Positions 39,809 through 51,782 of a stretch of 64,000 nucleotides of DNA are shown piece by piece (the stretch's first letter is position 1; each line of letters starts with the position of its first letter). The position numbers were made by a program, and so were the translations under genes. Source of the stretch: Candidatus Marinacidobacterales bacterium. Lineage in GTDB: Bacteria; Acidobacteriota; Vicinamibacteria; Marinacidobacterales; DATDRI01. Under the pieces are notes generated by a model that searched no databases, was not told the DNA's origin, and was given only the letters and a program-made list of their open reading frames with translations. The stretch is taken from NCBI GenBank assembly GCA_965219415.1, contig CBDCNP010000002.1, positions 1,152,001 to 1,216,000 on the forward strand, read 5' to 3'.

Positions 39809-41993
39809 ACTTTTTTCACCGTACAAACTGAACCTCGCAGGATTTTCTGGAGGTCGCTCATTACCCGCGCCCGTGCGTGGCTCGGCTTGAACTAGTTGTT
39901 GGGGGCGAGCCGTTTCAGCTCTTCGAACCAGTTGAGAACGACGTGAAGTCGCTCCGGCGGCGAGGCCTGTCTGTCTTTCTTGATCATCAAGAACCGCTGG
40001 CCGTCGGGCGTCACGTCGTAGTATGGGTAACCGGGTCGAACGTCGCCCATCTCGTAGAGCCCCTCAAACAACGCGGTTGGCCTGCCCGTTTCGAAGGATT
40101 GCGCGGTCGCAAGGACCTCGACGGCCATCATCCGGTCGGCCTCGCGATAAAAAAGCTCGGACATGTTAGCGGCCCACCGTGGCTCCGTGCCCCCCCGCGT
40201 CGAAATCTGCCTTTTCGACCCCGGTCCGGGGTAGGGGCGGACGTAGACTTGGTCCACACCGGACTCGTTCGAAACGTAGACGATCCAATTTCCATCTGGC
40301 GAGAACATCAGCTGAATCTCGTCGGGGGCGTCACCAAGAAACGGGCGAGCTCCCATGTCTGCGCCCACCGTCAGCATCCAGCCGTCCAAGCGTCTGGCGG
40401 TGAAGTCTCCGTCCGCGAAGGCCAGCAGACGGCCGTTAGGTGAGTAAGACGTCGGGAACTGCACTCCTGGCCTGGACAACAGCCGCACCGCCGTGCCGCT
40501 GCCGTCAGCAGGCTGGGAGAACAGGTTGATGTCATAATCGTAGACGGCGCCCTCCGCGCTGTCCGGTGCTCGGGGCACCAGCGAACTGAATGTCACCCGC
40601 TTACCGTCGGGTGTCCAGACAGGGTTAATGGCTCTACGAAAAGTGAGTTGGCCCAGGGTACCGCTCTGCAGGTCGTAGATGTGGATGTTCTTGTCCTGAC
40701 CAAATCCGATGGTCACGGCTAACCTGCGGCCGCCGGGCGATAGGGTTGGAGATCCATAGGAGTTCGGTTCGAGTGGCAGCTCCTCCTCTTCCCCCTGACG
40801 ATTCACCCACGCGAGTGTGCTGCTTCTCTGCTGCACCCCGCCCGGCACCACGACGAGCGATCCGTTGGCGGAGATCGAGAACTGCGCGGCACCTTCTGGG
40901 TGCGACATGACTCTGTCGACGAGTGGAACGGGGGCCCGGTCGTCTCGAGCCTCGAGGGGTCGAAAGGAGCTGCGAAGAGTTGGCCGGAATAGGCCCAGAC
41001 GAGGTGGCCCGATTGCACGAATCGAGGATGAGTGCCACCCTCAACCAGGACCTTCCGCTCGCCCGTCACGAGCGAGTGAACGGTGATCTGTGCCTCCTCG
41101 AAGCTCGAGCTGCCGGCCGTCTGCGTTGCGAAGAGCACTGCCTTTCCGTCCGGCAGAACCTGCGGCCACCGATGGCTGAATTCCCCAGGTGCCAGGCGAG
41201 TCACCACCTCCGGTGTACCACCGCCTGCCGAGACCTTCCAGATGCCGCTTCCTGTACCTGGGACGAAAAAGATGGTGTCATCGGGTCCCCAGCTCGCGCC
41301 CCGTGTCACTGGCGCCACGTCGCATATGGTTACCGAAGCTCCGCCCAGGCGTGACACCTTCTTCAGCTCTCGCGCAGTGAAAAACCCGACCCAGTCGCCG
41401 TCAGGTGAGAAGAAAGGAAAGGGCGCCGCCATCAAGGCTCCTAGCTGGACGTAAACCAAATGCCCTGTTGGCACGTAGCGCGCATCACTCCCCCCTTCGA
41501 TGAGGACTTTTCGCTCGCTGGTGTCGAGCCGTTGAGCCACGATCAGCGCATCACTCCAACTGCCACCGGTCCTGACCGTGAAGAGGATGGCCTTGCCGCC
41601 GGGCAAATGCTGAGGAAAACGATGACTAAGCTCTCCCTCGTCGCTGTTGAGTTTGGTTAGTCGATCAGGCTCGCCGCCAGAAGCGGGCACGCGCTCTAGA
41701 CCTCGAGACCACTGGTGGAAGAAGACAATCCATCCGTCGTGCCCCCAGCTTCCTCCGCGACTGACCGGAGCGGGGGCTAGCACGGTGGCTCTACCGCCGG
41801 TGATGGGCACTTTCTTGAGTTGTCCCGCGGCAAAAAAACCTATCCGGGAACCATCCGGCGAGAAGAATGGACCCTCACCATCTTCGGTGCCAGCAATGGG
41901 CTCGGATTCCAAACTGTCGAGGCGACGCAGGAAGATTTGCTGAACGCCGTCTCGCTCGGCAACGTAGACGAAAGCGTTTCCCTCTGGGGAAAC

Positions 41994-43366
41994 GAGCTAC
42001 CCTCAGAAGGTGTGGAAATAAAGTAAAGGCGGAGTAACCTTCCGCGTCACGAAACACGGCGTGAAGGGGCCAACGGAAGGAGACACCGCCATGAAGGAAA
42101 AGACCACAAGACGACGGAGCTCGTCAAGGGTGGCTTGGGAGTCGCTGGAGAAGTGGGCGAGGCTCGAGATCCAGGATTGGGTGCAGGAGCTGATGGTAGC
42201 CGAAGTCACGGAGCTTCTCGGGCGTGAGAAATCGGAGAGACGGAAGCCCGTGGACACAACGGCGGGCTATCGAAATGGATACGGTAAGCCTCGGAAGCTG
42301 ACGATGAGCGTGGGCACAGTGACGGTTCGCCGGCCGAGAGTACGGGACGTGGAGGAGAGGTTCGAAAGTCGAGTGCTTCCGCTGTTCAAGCGTCGGAGCG
42401 AAACGGTGAGCGAGTTGATTCCGGAGCTGTACCTGCATGGATTAGCTCACGGAGATTTCGATTTGGCGCTCCGCGGGCTTCTAGGGGAGGACGCTCCACT
42501 TTCTCCCAGCACGGTGTCGCGGCTGAAACAGAAATGGCAGGGAGAGTACGAGCAGTGGCTAGCTCGCCCACTGGACGAACTCGAGCTCGTGTCCCTGTGG
42601 GTAGATGGCGTGTACGTGAAGGCCGGCCTTGAGAAGGACAAGGCGGCGGTGCTAGTTGCGGTTGGTGGCCTGTCCGACGGGACGAAAATCGTCCTGACGC
42701 TGGAGGCCGGGCATCGAGAATCCGAAGCGTCATGGTCGTCGCTGCTACGGAGACTGAAGAAGCGCGGTCTGAGATGTCCCCGTTTGGTGATCGGTGACGG
42801 TCATCTCGGCATCTGGGCCGCGACCCGAAACGTATTTCCAGAAGCTGAGGAGCAGCGGTGCTGGAACCACCGAATCCTCAACGTACTGGACCGGATTCCG
42901 AAAAGGGACCAGGCGCAGGCCAAAGCCGCTGTTGACGGCGATCCCCTACGCCACCAGCCTGCAGGAGTGCGAGACGAAGAAGGCCAAGTTCCAGGATTGG
43001 TGCTTGCGCAAGGGTCTTCCGGGGGCCGCGCACGTGCTCGACGAGGACTGGGAGCGGATGGTCAGCTTCTATTCCTTTCCCAAGCCTCACTGGCAACACC
43101 TTCGCACGAGCAACGTCGTGGAGTCACCGTTCGCTGCACTGAGATTGAGAACGGATGCGGCCAAAAGGTTCAAGAAAGTCGAGTCCGCCACTGCGACAAT
43201 CTTCAAACTGCTTCTGGTTGCGGAGAAGAATTTTCGCCGGCTCAACGCACCGGAGCTGATGCGAGAGGTTCACCTGGGCGTTCGATTTGAAGATGGAGAC
43301 AGGGTAACGGAGTCGTCGAAGGTTGCTGCTGCCTGAACTTTTTTACACACCTATTGACAAGAGCTC
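41994..43366 (+). mobile_element. IS256-family element 2 with 8-bp target-site duplication
   Basis: IRs gagctaccctcagaaggtgtggaa and gagctcttgtcaataggtgtgtaa (reverse complement of right end); ggggaaac at 41986-41993 and 43367-43374. Confidence 0.93.
42091..43336 (+). pseudogene. IS256-family transposase, frameshifted near 42925
   Basis: YRNGYG, WVDGVY, IGDGHLG, QRCWNH, then LRTSNVVESPF in a second frame. Confidence 0.88.
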
Positions 43367-44445
43367 GGGGAAACGGCCACGGGCGACAAGTTTCCCAAAC
43401 CCGCCAATCGCTCGCCCGGCGGTAAAGCCAGGGTGAAGCGTGCAGCGGGCCATGCCTTTTTTGAGGACTTGAGATTCCAGACCGCGAGGCCGGCAACGAC
43501 GGCTGCCAAAACCGCAACCACGACAAAAGGTATCGTTCGCTGCCCAAGCTTAGGAGCAGGAATAACCGTATCTGTCGTGAGACCACCCTCGGCAATCCAC
43601 TTCAACTCATCGTGGAGGTCGCTTGCGCTCTGCCACCTGCTATCGGGGTCCTTGGACAAACACTTCTTGATCACCCGGTCCAAGGCGGGAGGCGTCATCG
43701 GCTGAAGCTCCGATATGGCCGGAGGATCTCTCTCCATGATGGCCACGATCAAACTGGCCTGACTCGTTCCTTCAAATGCTTTCTTCCCCGTGACCATCTC
43801 GTAGACCACGGCACCGAAGGTGAGGATGTCGGTTCGTGCATCCGCTTCCTTACCTTCGAGCTGGTCCGGGGCCATGTACTGGAAGGTTCCCAGGATCGAG
43901 CCTTCTTGTGTGAGCGGCTTCGCCTCGGTCGGCAGTGCCGATAGTCCACCGGCATTCGTTTCCGCTGCCGTCATTTTCGCCAGCCCGAAGTCCAGCAGCT
44001 TCGCGCCGGATTTCGCAAGCATGATGTTGCCGGGCTTCAAGTCCCGATGCACGACACCTTGGCGATGGGCTTTGTCGAGAGCGTCGGCGATCTCGGTACC
44101 GTATCGCAGGGCTTCGTCGAGAGGTAGAGCACCTTTCTTCAATAGATCGGCAAGGGTGTCTCCCTCGATATGCTCCATGACCATGAAGTCGATGCCATTC
44201 TCGCTACCGATGTCGTAAAGCGTGCATATGTGTGGATGGTTCAAGCTGGAGACAGCACGGGCTTCACGCTCGAATCTTTGACGGACTTCGGGATGGCTCG
44301 CTACGTGAGACGGAAGGACTTTGATGGCGACGGTGCGATCGAGGCGTGTGTCTTTGGCTTTGTAAACCTCACCCATACCACCTGCACCTAGAGGTGCCTG
44401 GATTTCATAGGGACCCAGACGCTCACCAGCGTTAAGAGCCACTAA

Positions 44446-44480
44446 CCCCTCACCCTACCCTCTCCCAAAAGGGGAGAGGG
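44446..44480. repeat. REP-like palindrome immediately upstream of the kinase start
   Basis: cccctcaccctaccctctccc-aaaag-gggagaggg; inverse orientation of the 22671 element. Confidence 0.8.
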
Positions 44481-44527
44481 TTTTAAGGAAGAAAGCCAAA
44501 GTCATTGTGGTGAAAATAGCGCTCTAC

Positions 44528-45986
44528 GGGGATGTCCCGCCGGATGTTGAATTTGGGGTAGCGGCGGCTCCTTGGCCGGCCTAAGAATAGGTCTGCCAAA
44601 CAACCGTCTCCAGAGGGGGACAAGGAGCCACCAATGCCTAGGAAATCAAAGAAGCCAGTAAGAAAGCAAACGCACTCGCCTACGGGCAAGGTAGTTGGCC
44701 AAGTCGGTCAGATACTGCTACCGATGATAGCTGGGATCGCGGCCACGAAGGCGGAACTGACGGAATGGGTGTACGAGCAAGGACTGACAGCTCTGCACCT
44801 ACTGCTCAGAGAGGACGCCGAGGAGATCGCGGGGCTCAAGGGCAAGCACGAGAAGGAGCGAACTCATAACCACTGGGGGAGCACGAACGGAGAGCTGAGC
44901 TTCGGTGGTCGTCGCATCCAAGTGTCGCGACCTCGAGTTCGCTCGAAGTCGGGCGAGGAGGCGTCGCTTCCACACTTCGAAGCCTTCCGCGAAGAAGACC
45001 CGCTTCCAGAGCGAGTGTTGAATCAGATCTTGGTGGGGGTATCGACCCGAAATTACGAATCGAGTCTGAACAAACCCGCGGCCAAGTTGAAGTCTCGTGG
45101 CACGAGTAAGAGTGCCGCCAGCCGTCACCTCGTGAGCCAGACGACTAAGAAGCTCGAGGAATACCTGTCTCGGCGGCTAGAGGAGTTCGAGCTTGCGGCA
45201 CTGATGCTGGATGGCCTTGAGGTGGCCGGACAGACCGTCGTCGTAACTCTAGGTATCACAATAGATGGAACGAAGGTGCCCCTGGGTATATGGCTGGGCT
45301 CGACGGAGAACTCTCGGGTGTGCACCGCGATGTTGCAGGACCTTCTCGAGCGGGGCTTGCGCGTCGATGAGTCGATTCTCTGCGTAGTGGACGGAGGCAA
45401 AGGCATCCGCAAGGCACTCGTCGACGTTTTGGGGGACCTCGCGGTCATCCAAAGGTGCCAGATCCATAAACTCCGAAATCTTCGCTCGTACCTTCCCAAG
45501 TCTCGTCACGCCTACGTGCTCCAGACGATGAAGGAAGCCTACAAGTGCAAGAGTGCCGACAAGGCGCGCAAGCGACTTCAGGCATTGGTGTCGTGGCTCG
45601 AGCGAAACGGCTACGACGAAGCTGCCGGAAGCCTTCGTGAAGGAATGGAAGAGACACTCACGGTCGTGAAGCTCGCGCTGCCCGCCTTACTTCGCCAGTC
45701 TCTTGCCACGACGAACGCCATTGAGAATCTCAACGGAACCATTCGCAGAGTATCGAGAAACCTCAAGCGTTGGAAGAGTCCTTCCATGGTTCGCCGATGG
45801 ACCGCTCTTGGCGTCGTCACCGCGCAGAAAGAGTTCCGCGTATCAAAGGCTATCGCCATATGGGCGCTCTCGTTCACGCGCTTAGAAGCAAACAGAAATC
45901 TCTTGACAGCGATGAGTTTGCTGCCTAAGAGTATTCACAGGTGCCGTCGCTACCCGACCAAATTCAACAGCGGCCGGGACATCCCC
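44528..45986 (+). mobile_element. IS256-family element 3 with 8-bp target-site duplication
   Basis: IRs ggggatgtcccgccggatgttgaattt and aaattcaacagcggccgggacatcccc; cgctctac at 44520-44527 and 45987-45994. Confidence 0.93.
44634..45929 (+). CDS. IS256-family transposase (apparent frameshift near 45838 at the C-terminus)
   Basis: GVSTR, MLDG, VVDGGKG, QRCQIHK, TTNAIEN; expected FRRIKGY tail lies in another frame. Confidence 0.88.
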
Positions 45987-46082
45987 CGCTCTACAGGCTG
46001 AAAAGTCAATGAGTAGACAGGCCTCGGCTCGCGCACGAGGCTGCTTGAGCGGGACTTCGGGCGTCTGTCACGTACGCGAAAT

Positions 46083-47000
46083 CATAGGTTAGCCAGACGC
46101 CGATTTCGGCCGTCATCGAACGGGGTTGCCGGTCTACGGCTAGCCAGACGGCGGTATCGTTCCATCACCTCTTTCCCGTAGTCGCATTCGGCTAGATGCT
46201 GATTGTGCGTTGGACACATCATTTGAAGGCTCTCAAGGCTGTGGTCGCCACCCCGGGCAAAGGAGTTCGGCCGTCATTGAGGGTGGTTGCCAATCTAAAG
46301 CTAGCCAGACGGCGATGGAATTGCAGTGCCTGCCGCTCGCTGCATCGCCTACCCTGCTCGTTCACGAAGGTGCACCGATTTCCGTCCCGGTTGCTCACCG
46401 CGCGCCTCACCGGGGCCGGGATGTAGCGTGAGGATGGAGAGGTGTCGGTTCTTTCGAAATCCTGTCTCGGCGCCCGCGCCTTTCCATAGCGCCTCGACTC
46501 CAACCTCTCCAGCTTCTCCGTCACGGCTTCGTCGATGATGACAGCCAAATCGCTGTCTGGCATGAGCGCCCGGAGGCGGTCCAACTTGTCGCGGAGCTCC
46601 GCACTGGCTGTGAACTGGACCTTGTAACGGGCGGGGGCAAGAGGCTCCACCAACACAGGCTTGGCCTTCGCCGGGGCCGGTGACGGCTTTTGAACTTGGT
46701 CCGGACCTAGTTGAGGTGCGGGCGGCCGTTTTGGCTTTGCCCGCTGCACGGGTAGCTTGCGTATCGTCGTGGGAACGTCCGGCTTGGGTGAAAGCTCGGC
46801 CACCAGCTCCTCGATTTCCCGCTTCGACTTGTGCACGGAACGGGCCAGCAAGGTCTCTCGATTGGCCTCCGTGAGCACTCGTCTACCTCTGCAATATGAG
46901 CGACCAACTCCGACTCGACGCGTCGTGATTGCTGCATCAGCCCCGATAGGCGGTGAAGTAGCTCATCATCCGAAATCGATTTCAATAACTTGCTAGACAT
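46083..47000 (-). pseudogene. HNH endonuclease (DUF222-like N-terminus) remnant with internal deletion and insertion
   Basis: SDDELL..L....RRVESELVAHIAEVD fused to LTEANRE.LL...HKSKREIE; RYIPAPVRRAV..RDGNRCTFV; FARGGDHS..LQMMCPTHN in a shifted frame. Confidence 0.78.
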
Positions 47001-47192
47001 CAGTCGGCCTCCTCAAGACTAATATAACAACGTACTTTTTTTGGCCTTGAGACGACTTGAGTCGGGAGGAACGTGCTTCGATGAAGTTTTTGCCTCGAAG
47101 CTTCTCGGCGTTGACTAGGGCGTCAATGTACGTTTTGGAGGTGGTACTACGAAAGCGTTAGCAAACCTTCGAAACTGTGCTGTGAGATCTTG

Positions 47193-47927
47193 TCAAGAGA
47201 AATCTCCATTTTTTTTCGCGACCACCTCGATCGACTCGATGCGGCCGTCCTTCAAATGGACTATGCGACGAGCTCTGGCAGCTACGTCTCTTTCGTGTGT
47301 AACCACCAGCAACGTATGCCCGTCCTCGTGAAGCTTGTCCAAGACGGCAAGGATCTCTTGCCCGGTTTTCGAATCCAGGTTGCCGGTAGGTTCATCGGCG
47401 AGAAGCAGCGAAGGATTGTTGACGAGGGCCCGCGCGATGGCGACCCGCTGGCGTTCTCCGCCCGAAAGCTCGTTGGGGCGGTGTTCGACCCGGTCGGCGA
47501 GATCTACTTTCTCGAGAGCCTCGAGACCACGTTGGCGGCGCCCCTCTAGCGGCACCCCCGCATAAATAAGAGGCAATTCGACATTGTGGAACGCGGTAGC
47601 GCGCGGCAACAGATTGAATGTCTGGAAGACGAAGCCTATTTCCTCGTTACGGACCAGCGCCAACTCATCTTCGTTCATCGAGCTCACGTCACGCCCGTTC
47701 AGCACGTACCGGCCCCGAGTTGGCGTATCTAGGCAACCGAGAAGGTTCAGGAAGGTTGACTTTCCGGAGCCGGAAGGTCCCATGATGGCAACATAGTCGC
47801 CGGTCTCGACACGCAGTTCCACGTCGCGCAGAGCGTGGATCTCCACCGAGCCCATCGGGTAGGTTTTCCATAGCCCGTGCGTTTCGATGAGGCTCAAACT
47901 GGCGCTCCTGCCGTCAAAGAAGCTCAC
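47193..47927 (-). CDS. ABC transporter ATP-binding protein (MacB/LolD type)
   Basis: [28 protein letters not shown]. Confidence 0.92.
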   Translation of the reverse strand: MSFFDGRSASLSLIETHGLWKTYPMGSVEIHALRDVELRVETGDYVAIMGPSGSGKSTFLNLLGCLDTPTRGRYVLNGRDVSSMNEDELALVRNEEIGFVFQTFNLLPRATAFHNVELPLIYAGVPLEGRRQRGLEALEKVDLADRVEHRPNELSGGERQRVAIARALVNNPSLLLADEPTGNLDSKTGQEILAVLDKLHEDGHTLLVVTHERDVAARARRIVHLKDGRIESIEVVAKKNGDFS

Positions 47928-49204
47928 TCATGGCGCAGGGCCTCGATGGGATCGAGTCGCGAGGCTCGGATCGCGGGAGCCATGCCGAAAACGAGCCCCA
48001 CGCCCGCGGAGAAGCCGAGACCCAATGCGAAGGACCACCACGGAAGAGAGATCGGAAAGTTCACAGTGAAATGAACGAGGAGCCCGATGGCGCTGCCGAA
48101 GACAACGCCGAGGACACCCCCCACTGACGTCAGAGCGGCGGCCTCGATCAAGAACTGCCAAAGTATCTCCCGCCGTCGTGCGCCAAGCGCCTTGCGGAGT
48201 CCGATTTCGTTCGTCCGCTCGGTAACTGACATGGTCATGATCGCCATCACCCCGATACCGCCAACCAACAAGGCGATCGATGAGATCACCACAAGCCCCA
48301 AGAAAATCGCCCGCGTTGCTTGGTCCCACACTCTCAGCGCCGCGTCCTGTGTGACAACGTCGAAGTCATTAGGTTCATCCAAACGGAGCCCATGTCGGAT
48401 CCGCATGATCTCTTCGATCTCTCTCATCGCGGTATCGCGTTCTCCATCACGCGGAACGACAACGAACGTCACGTCCCGGTGGACGCCGCCATGAATGCGC
48501 ATCGATGGCACACCGAATTGCTTCTGATACTTCGTGTAGGGGATGACGACGAAATCGTCCTGCCCGGCATTGAAGCCGCCAAGGCTCGGACGTTCGGCCA
48601 AGATGCCCACTACCGTGTACTGTTGGCCGGCGATGCGCACTTGTTTTCCAATAGGATCGATTAGCGGGAAGAGCGACCGGTAGGGCGTCTGACCTAGGAC
48701 GACGACCGCCCGTCGGTGATTCACCTCCGCCGAGGTAAAGAACCGACCCGTTTCCACCGGAATAAACCCAACCTGGCCGAAGTATTCTGACGCCCCAAGA
48801 ATCGGCATCGCCTTCGTTTTCTCACCGCGATAAACGATCCTCTCCATTACGGTCTCGAGGTTGCCTCCCAACCAGAGGTCTACCCACCGAACCGATGGAA
48901 GCCTCCCAATGACCTTGGCGTCCTCCGGCGTCAGGTTGGGGCGCCGAATCAGGTCAATGAAGTCCTGCCCTGACATGAAGCTCACGCCGCTAAACTTGGC
49001 GACAAACATGGTGGTGGGACCCAACTCTTGGATCATGGCTCTGAGCGATCGATCGAAGCCGCGAATCAACGCGGTCATCCCGACGATGGCGGTGATTCCG
49101 ATGACGACGCCTACGATGGTCAGGGCGGAGCGCATCTTGTTGGCCCGCAAAGTGTCCAGTGCCATAGACGCGATTTCGCGGAAGATCGCGGTGCGAATCG
49201 TCAC
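47924..49204 (-). CDS. ABC transporter permease (MacB/FtsX family)
   Basis: [43 protein letters not shown]. Confidence 0.92.
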   Translation of the reverse strand: MTIRTAIFREIASMALDTLRANKMRSALTIVGVVIGITAIVGMTALIRGFDRSLRAMIQELGPTTMFVAKFSGVSFMSGQDFIDLIRRPNLTPEDAKVIGRLPSVRWVDLWLGGNLETVMERIVYRGEKTKAMPILGASEYFGQVGFIPVETGRFFTSAEVNHRRAVVVLGQTPYRSLFPLIDPIGKQVRIAGQQYTVVGILAERPSLGGFNAGQDDFVVIPYTKYQKQFGVPSMRIHGGVHRDVTFVVVPRDGERDTAMREIEEIMRIRHGLRLDEPNDFDVVTQDAALRVWDQATRAIFLGLVVISSIALLVGGIGVMAIMTMSVTERTNEIGLRKALGARRREILWQFLIEAAALTSVGGVLGVVFGSAIGLLVHFTVNFPISLPWWSFALGLGFSAGVGLVFGMAPAIRASRLDPIEALRHE

Positions 49205-49208
49205 TCAG

Positions 49209-50435
49209 CTATTCCCTTCGGAGGGCTTCGATGGGGCTCAAACCGGCGGCACGCAGGGCAGGATAGAGACCGAAGGAAAGGCCCACCACCGCGGTCATCG
49301 AGATTCCGAGAACAACCGACCAGAGCTCGATGGCGGCCGGCACCGGGGTCGTCCGCTCGATCGTCAGGGCCACGGCAAAGCCGAGCGCAGTGCCGATCAA
49401 GCCGCCCACGATGGAGAGCGTGACGGACTCGGTCAGGATCTGCCAAATGATGTCACGCCGCCGGGCGCCGAGCGCTTTACGTAGGCCAATCTCCCGCGTT
49501 CGCTCGGTGACGACCATCAACATGATGTTCATGATGACGATCCCGCCGACCACTAGCGAGAGGGCCACGACGCCGACCAAAACGGCAAAGATTCCCGACG
49601 TGGCGGCGTGCCAGAGGGAGAGAAGAGTACCCGAGGTGAACATTCCGAAATTGTTGTCTTCGCGCGGCTTGAGCTTGCGGTGAATGCGCAGGGCCACCAG
49701 TGCATCCTCCATCGCCCGGTGCATGAGGCTTGGGTGCGTGGGTTTGGCCATCAGAGTGAGACCCCGTCGCGCACCGAAGATCTTCCGGTGAGCGCCCAGG
49801 GCGATAATGACGAACTCGTCTTGAGAATGTCCGAAGACGACTCCCCTTTTTTCGCCGACGCCGATCACCCGAAAACGTACTCCTTCGATTCTTATGGATT
49901 TATCGAGAGGGCTCTCTCCAGCGAACAATCGATCGGCAACATCCCAGCCGATCACCGCCACCGGCCGTTTCCGGCGAATCTCAGTGGGCGTGATGAGGCG
50001 ACCGTGTTCAGCGTCGTAGTTCGAGAACCAAACGTAGTCTTCGCTGACACCCTGGATGCCGACCCGCTCCAGCTCTTTGCCTCGGTAAACAACTCTCCCC
50101 TGTCGTTCCACCCTCGCCATGACCGCGCTCACCGCAGTGGAGAAACGTCTTATCGCATCCGCATCGGCGAGGGTAATCCGCGGGTTCATCCTCCACGCCC
50201 GCTCCTCTTCCTCTTCGTCATGGATGATCCCCACGCGCTCGATCACGAAGGCATCGGCGCCCGCTTCGGACACGATCGCGTCGCTAACCTTCGCGTTCAT
50301 CCCCTGGATCAAGGCCACCACCGCGATGATCGACATAACGGCCACGATGTTGCCGAGAACGGTCAAGCTCGAACGGAGCTTGTGCGACCACACCGCGCCC
50401 AGCGCCAACCGCAACGCATCAAGAAACTGCGACAT
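49209..50435 (-). CDS. ABC transporter permease (MacB/FtsX family)
   Basis: [40 protein letters not shown]. Confidence 0.92.
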   Translation of the reverse strand: MSQFLDALRLALGAVWSHKLRSSLTVLGNIVAVMSIIAVVALIQGMNAKVSDAIVSEAGADAFVIERVGIIHDEEEEERAWRMNPRITLADADAIRRFSTAVSAVMARVERQGRVVYRGKELERVGIQGVSEDYVWFSNYDAEHGRLITPTEIRRKRPVAVIGWDVADRLFAGESPLDKSIRIEGVRFRVIGVGEKRGVVFGHSQDEFVIIALGAHRKIFGARRGLTLMAKPTHPSLMHRAMEDALVALRIHRKLKPREDNNFGMFTSGTLLSLWHAATSGIFAVLVGVVALSLVVGGIVIMNIMLMVVTERTREIGLRKALGARRRDIIWQILTESVTLSIVGGLIGTALGFAVALTIERTTPVPAAIELWSVVLGISMTAVVGLSFGLYPALRAAGLSPIEALRRE

Positions 50436-50437
50436 GG

Positions 50438-51727
50438 TTAGTCTTCGTCCTCGGGTTCGAGCTCCACCGAATCCCCGTCCTGGAGCTCTCGCACGGAAGC
50501 GTACGGGCCGGTAATCACCTGGTCGGCAACCTCGAGGCCGGATAAGACCTCGAAATACCTCTCTCCGGCTATACCCACTTCGACGGGGGTGAACACCGCC
50601 TCCCCGTCTCGGTACACGAAAACACCCTCGAGCTCCTCTTGGTTTTCACTTTCATTTGCGTTCCGAACAATATGACCCTCCGCACCCAGCTCCACTTCGC
50701 GTACCGTCAAAGCTCGGATCGGTACGGCAATCGCCTTATCCCGCGTGGCGGTGGTGATGTCCGCGGTGCAGGAGAAACCGGGCCGCACGCCCGGCACTTC
50801 ATCCTCGAGCGTTACCTCCGCCTCGAAACTAGTGGCCTGTCGATCACCACCGCCACTCGTCCCATTCGCCCCGGGCTGCGTTGCGCTCGAGCCAATCTTC
50901 GTAACCCGGCCACGAAACTCCTGGTCAGGGAACGCGTCAATCGAGACAACGGCACGCTGGCCGAGTCGTACGTCCACGACGTCCGTCTCATCCACTTCGA
51001 GCTCGGCCTGAATGACCGACAGATCGGCAACCGTCATGAGCACCGTTCCCGGATTGTTCATCGTTCCCACCAGCACCGTCTCTCCTTCTTCAATCGTCAA
51101 TCGAGTTATGGCGCCGGTCATGGGTGACACGATAGTCACTTTGCTAAGGCCATGTCGCGCGCTCCGAACGTTGGCAATCTCCTGCTCGAGCCGCTGTTCT
51201 TGAGTTCGGACCTCGGTCTCCCTGGCGGTGAGCTCGCTTCGCCGGACTTTGACCTCGCTTTCCGCGCGGTCGAGCGCCTCTTTCGATACCAGCGCGTCCT
51301 TATATAGCTCCTGGATGCGTTCCTGATTGAGAAGCACCAGCTCCAGGTTGGCCCGGGCGGTCTCCACGTCTACGTGAGCCGTATTCAAGGCCTCCCGGGC
51401 CGCACCCAAACCAGCCTCGCCCCGTTGTACGGCGCTTTCCGCCGCCTCCGGATCGATCGCGAGTAGAAACTGCCCAACCTTGACACCCTGCCCCTCCTCG
51501 ACCGCCAATTCGGTCACGCGGCCCATGGTGTCGGCGCTGATATTGACCAAGCGCTTGGGTTGGATCTTTCCCGACGCGGAGACAGTGGCCACTAGATCTC
51601 GGAGCTCGATGGACTCCACCTGGACAACAGGGTCGCTGTTGCGTGTGAAATAGAAATAAAGGGAGGCCAGAGCGGCCGCGACCACTAGGATCCCGGCGAT
51701 GACGATTTTCCGCCTTGTCACGGTCAT
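50438..51727 (-). CDS. Efflux periplasmic adaptor (MacA/HlyD family)
   Basis: N-terminal TM, VSASGKI, lipoyl half-motifs, coiled coil, VDETDV, RPGFS. Confidence 0.9.
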   Translation of the reverse strand: MTVTRRKIVIAGILVVAAALASLYFYFTRNSDPVVQVESIELRDLVATVSASGKIQPKRLVNISADTMGRVTELAVEEGQGVKVGQFLLAIDPEAAESAVQRGEAGLGAAREALNTAHVDVETARANLELVLLNQERIQELYKDALVSKEALDRAESEVKVRRSELTARETEVRTQEQRLEQEIANVRSARHGLSKVTIVSPMTGAITRLTIEEGETVLVGTMNNPGTVLMTVADLSVIQAELEVDETDVVDVRLGQRAVVSIDAFPDQEFRGRVTKIGSSATQPGANGTSGGGDRQATSFEAEVTLEDEVPGVRPGFSCTADITTATRDKAIAVPIRALTVREVELGAEGHIVRNANESENQEELEGVFVYRDGEAVFTPVEVGIAGERYFEVLSGLEVADQVITGPYASVRELQDGDSVELEPEDED

Positions 51728-51782
51728 AGGTTGCGTTTCCGTGCGGAGCTCACCACTGCACCCAGTCTACCTCGACCGGCGA

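Larger units (their letters stand above)
39892..44442 (-). pseudogene. Ser/Thr protein kinase with C-terminal PD40/TolB-like beta-propeller, split by IS256
   Basis: LGAGGMGEVY, VAIK, HRDLKPGN, DFG; removing the IS restores VAVSP-EGNAFVYV; ends VVLNWFEELKR; extra frameshift near 40925. Confidence 0.9.

Noticed and set aside
46105-46314. 49-bp repeat pair as DGR template/variable repeats or a CRISPR array
   Set aside because: Mismatches are not confined to adenines, there are only two full copies, and no RT or cas genes are present.
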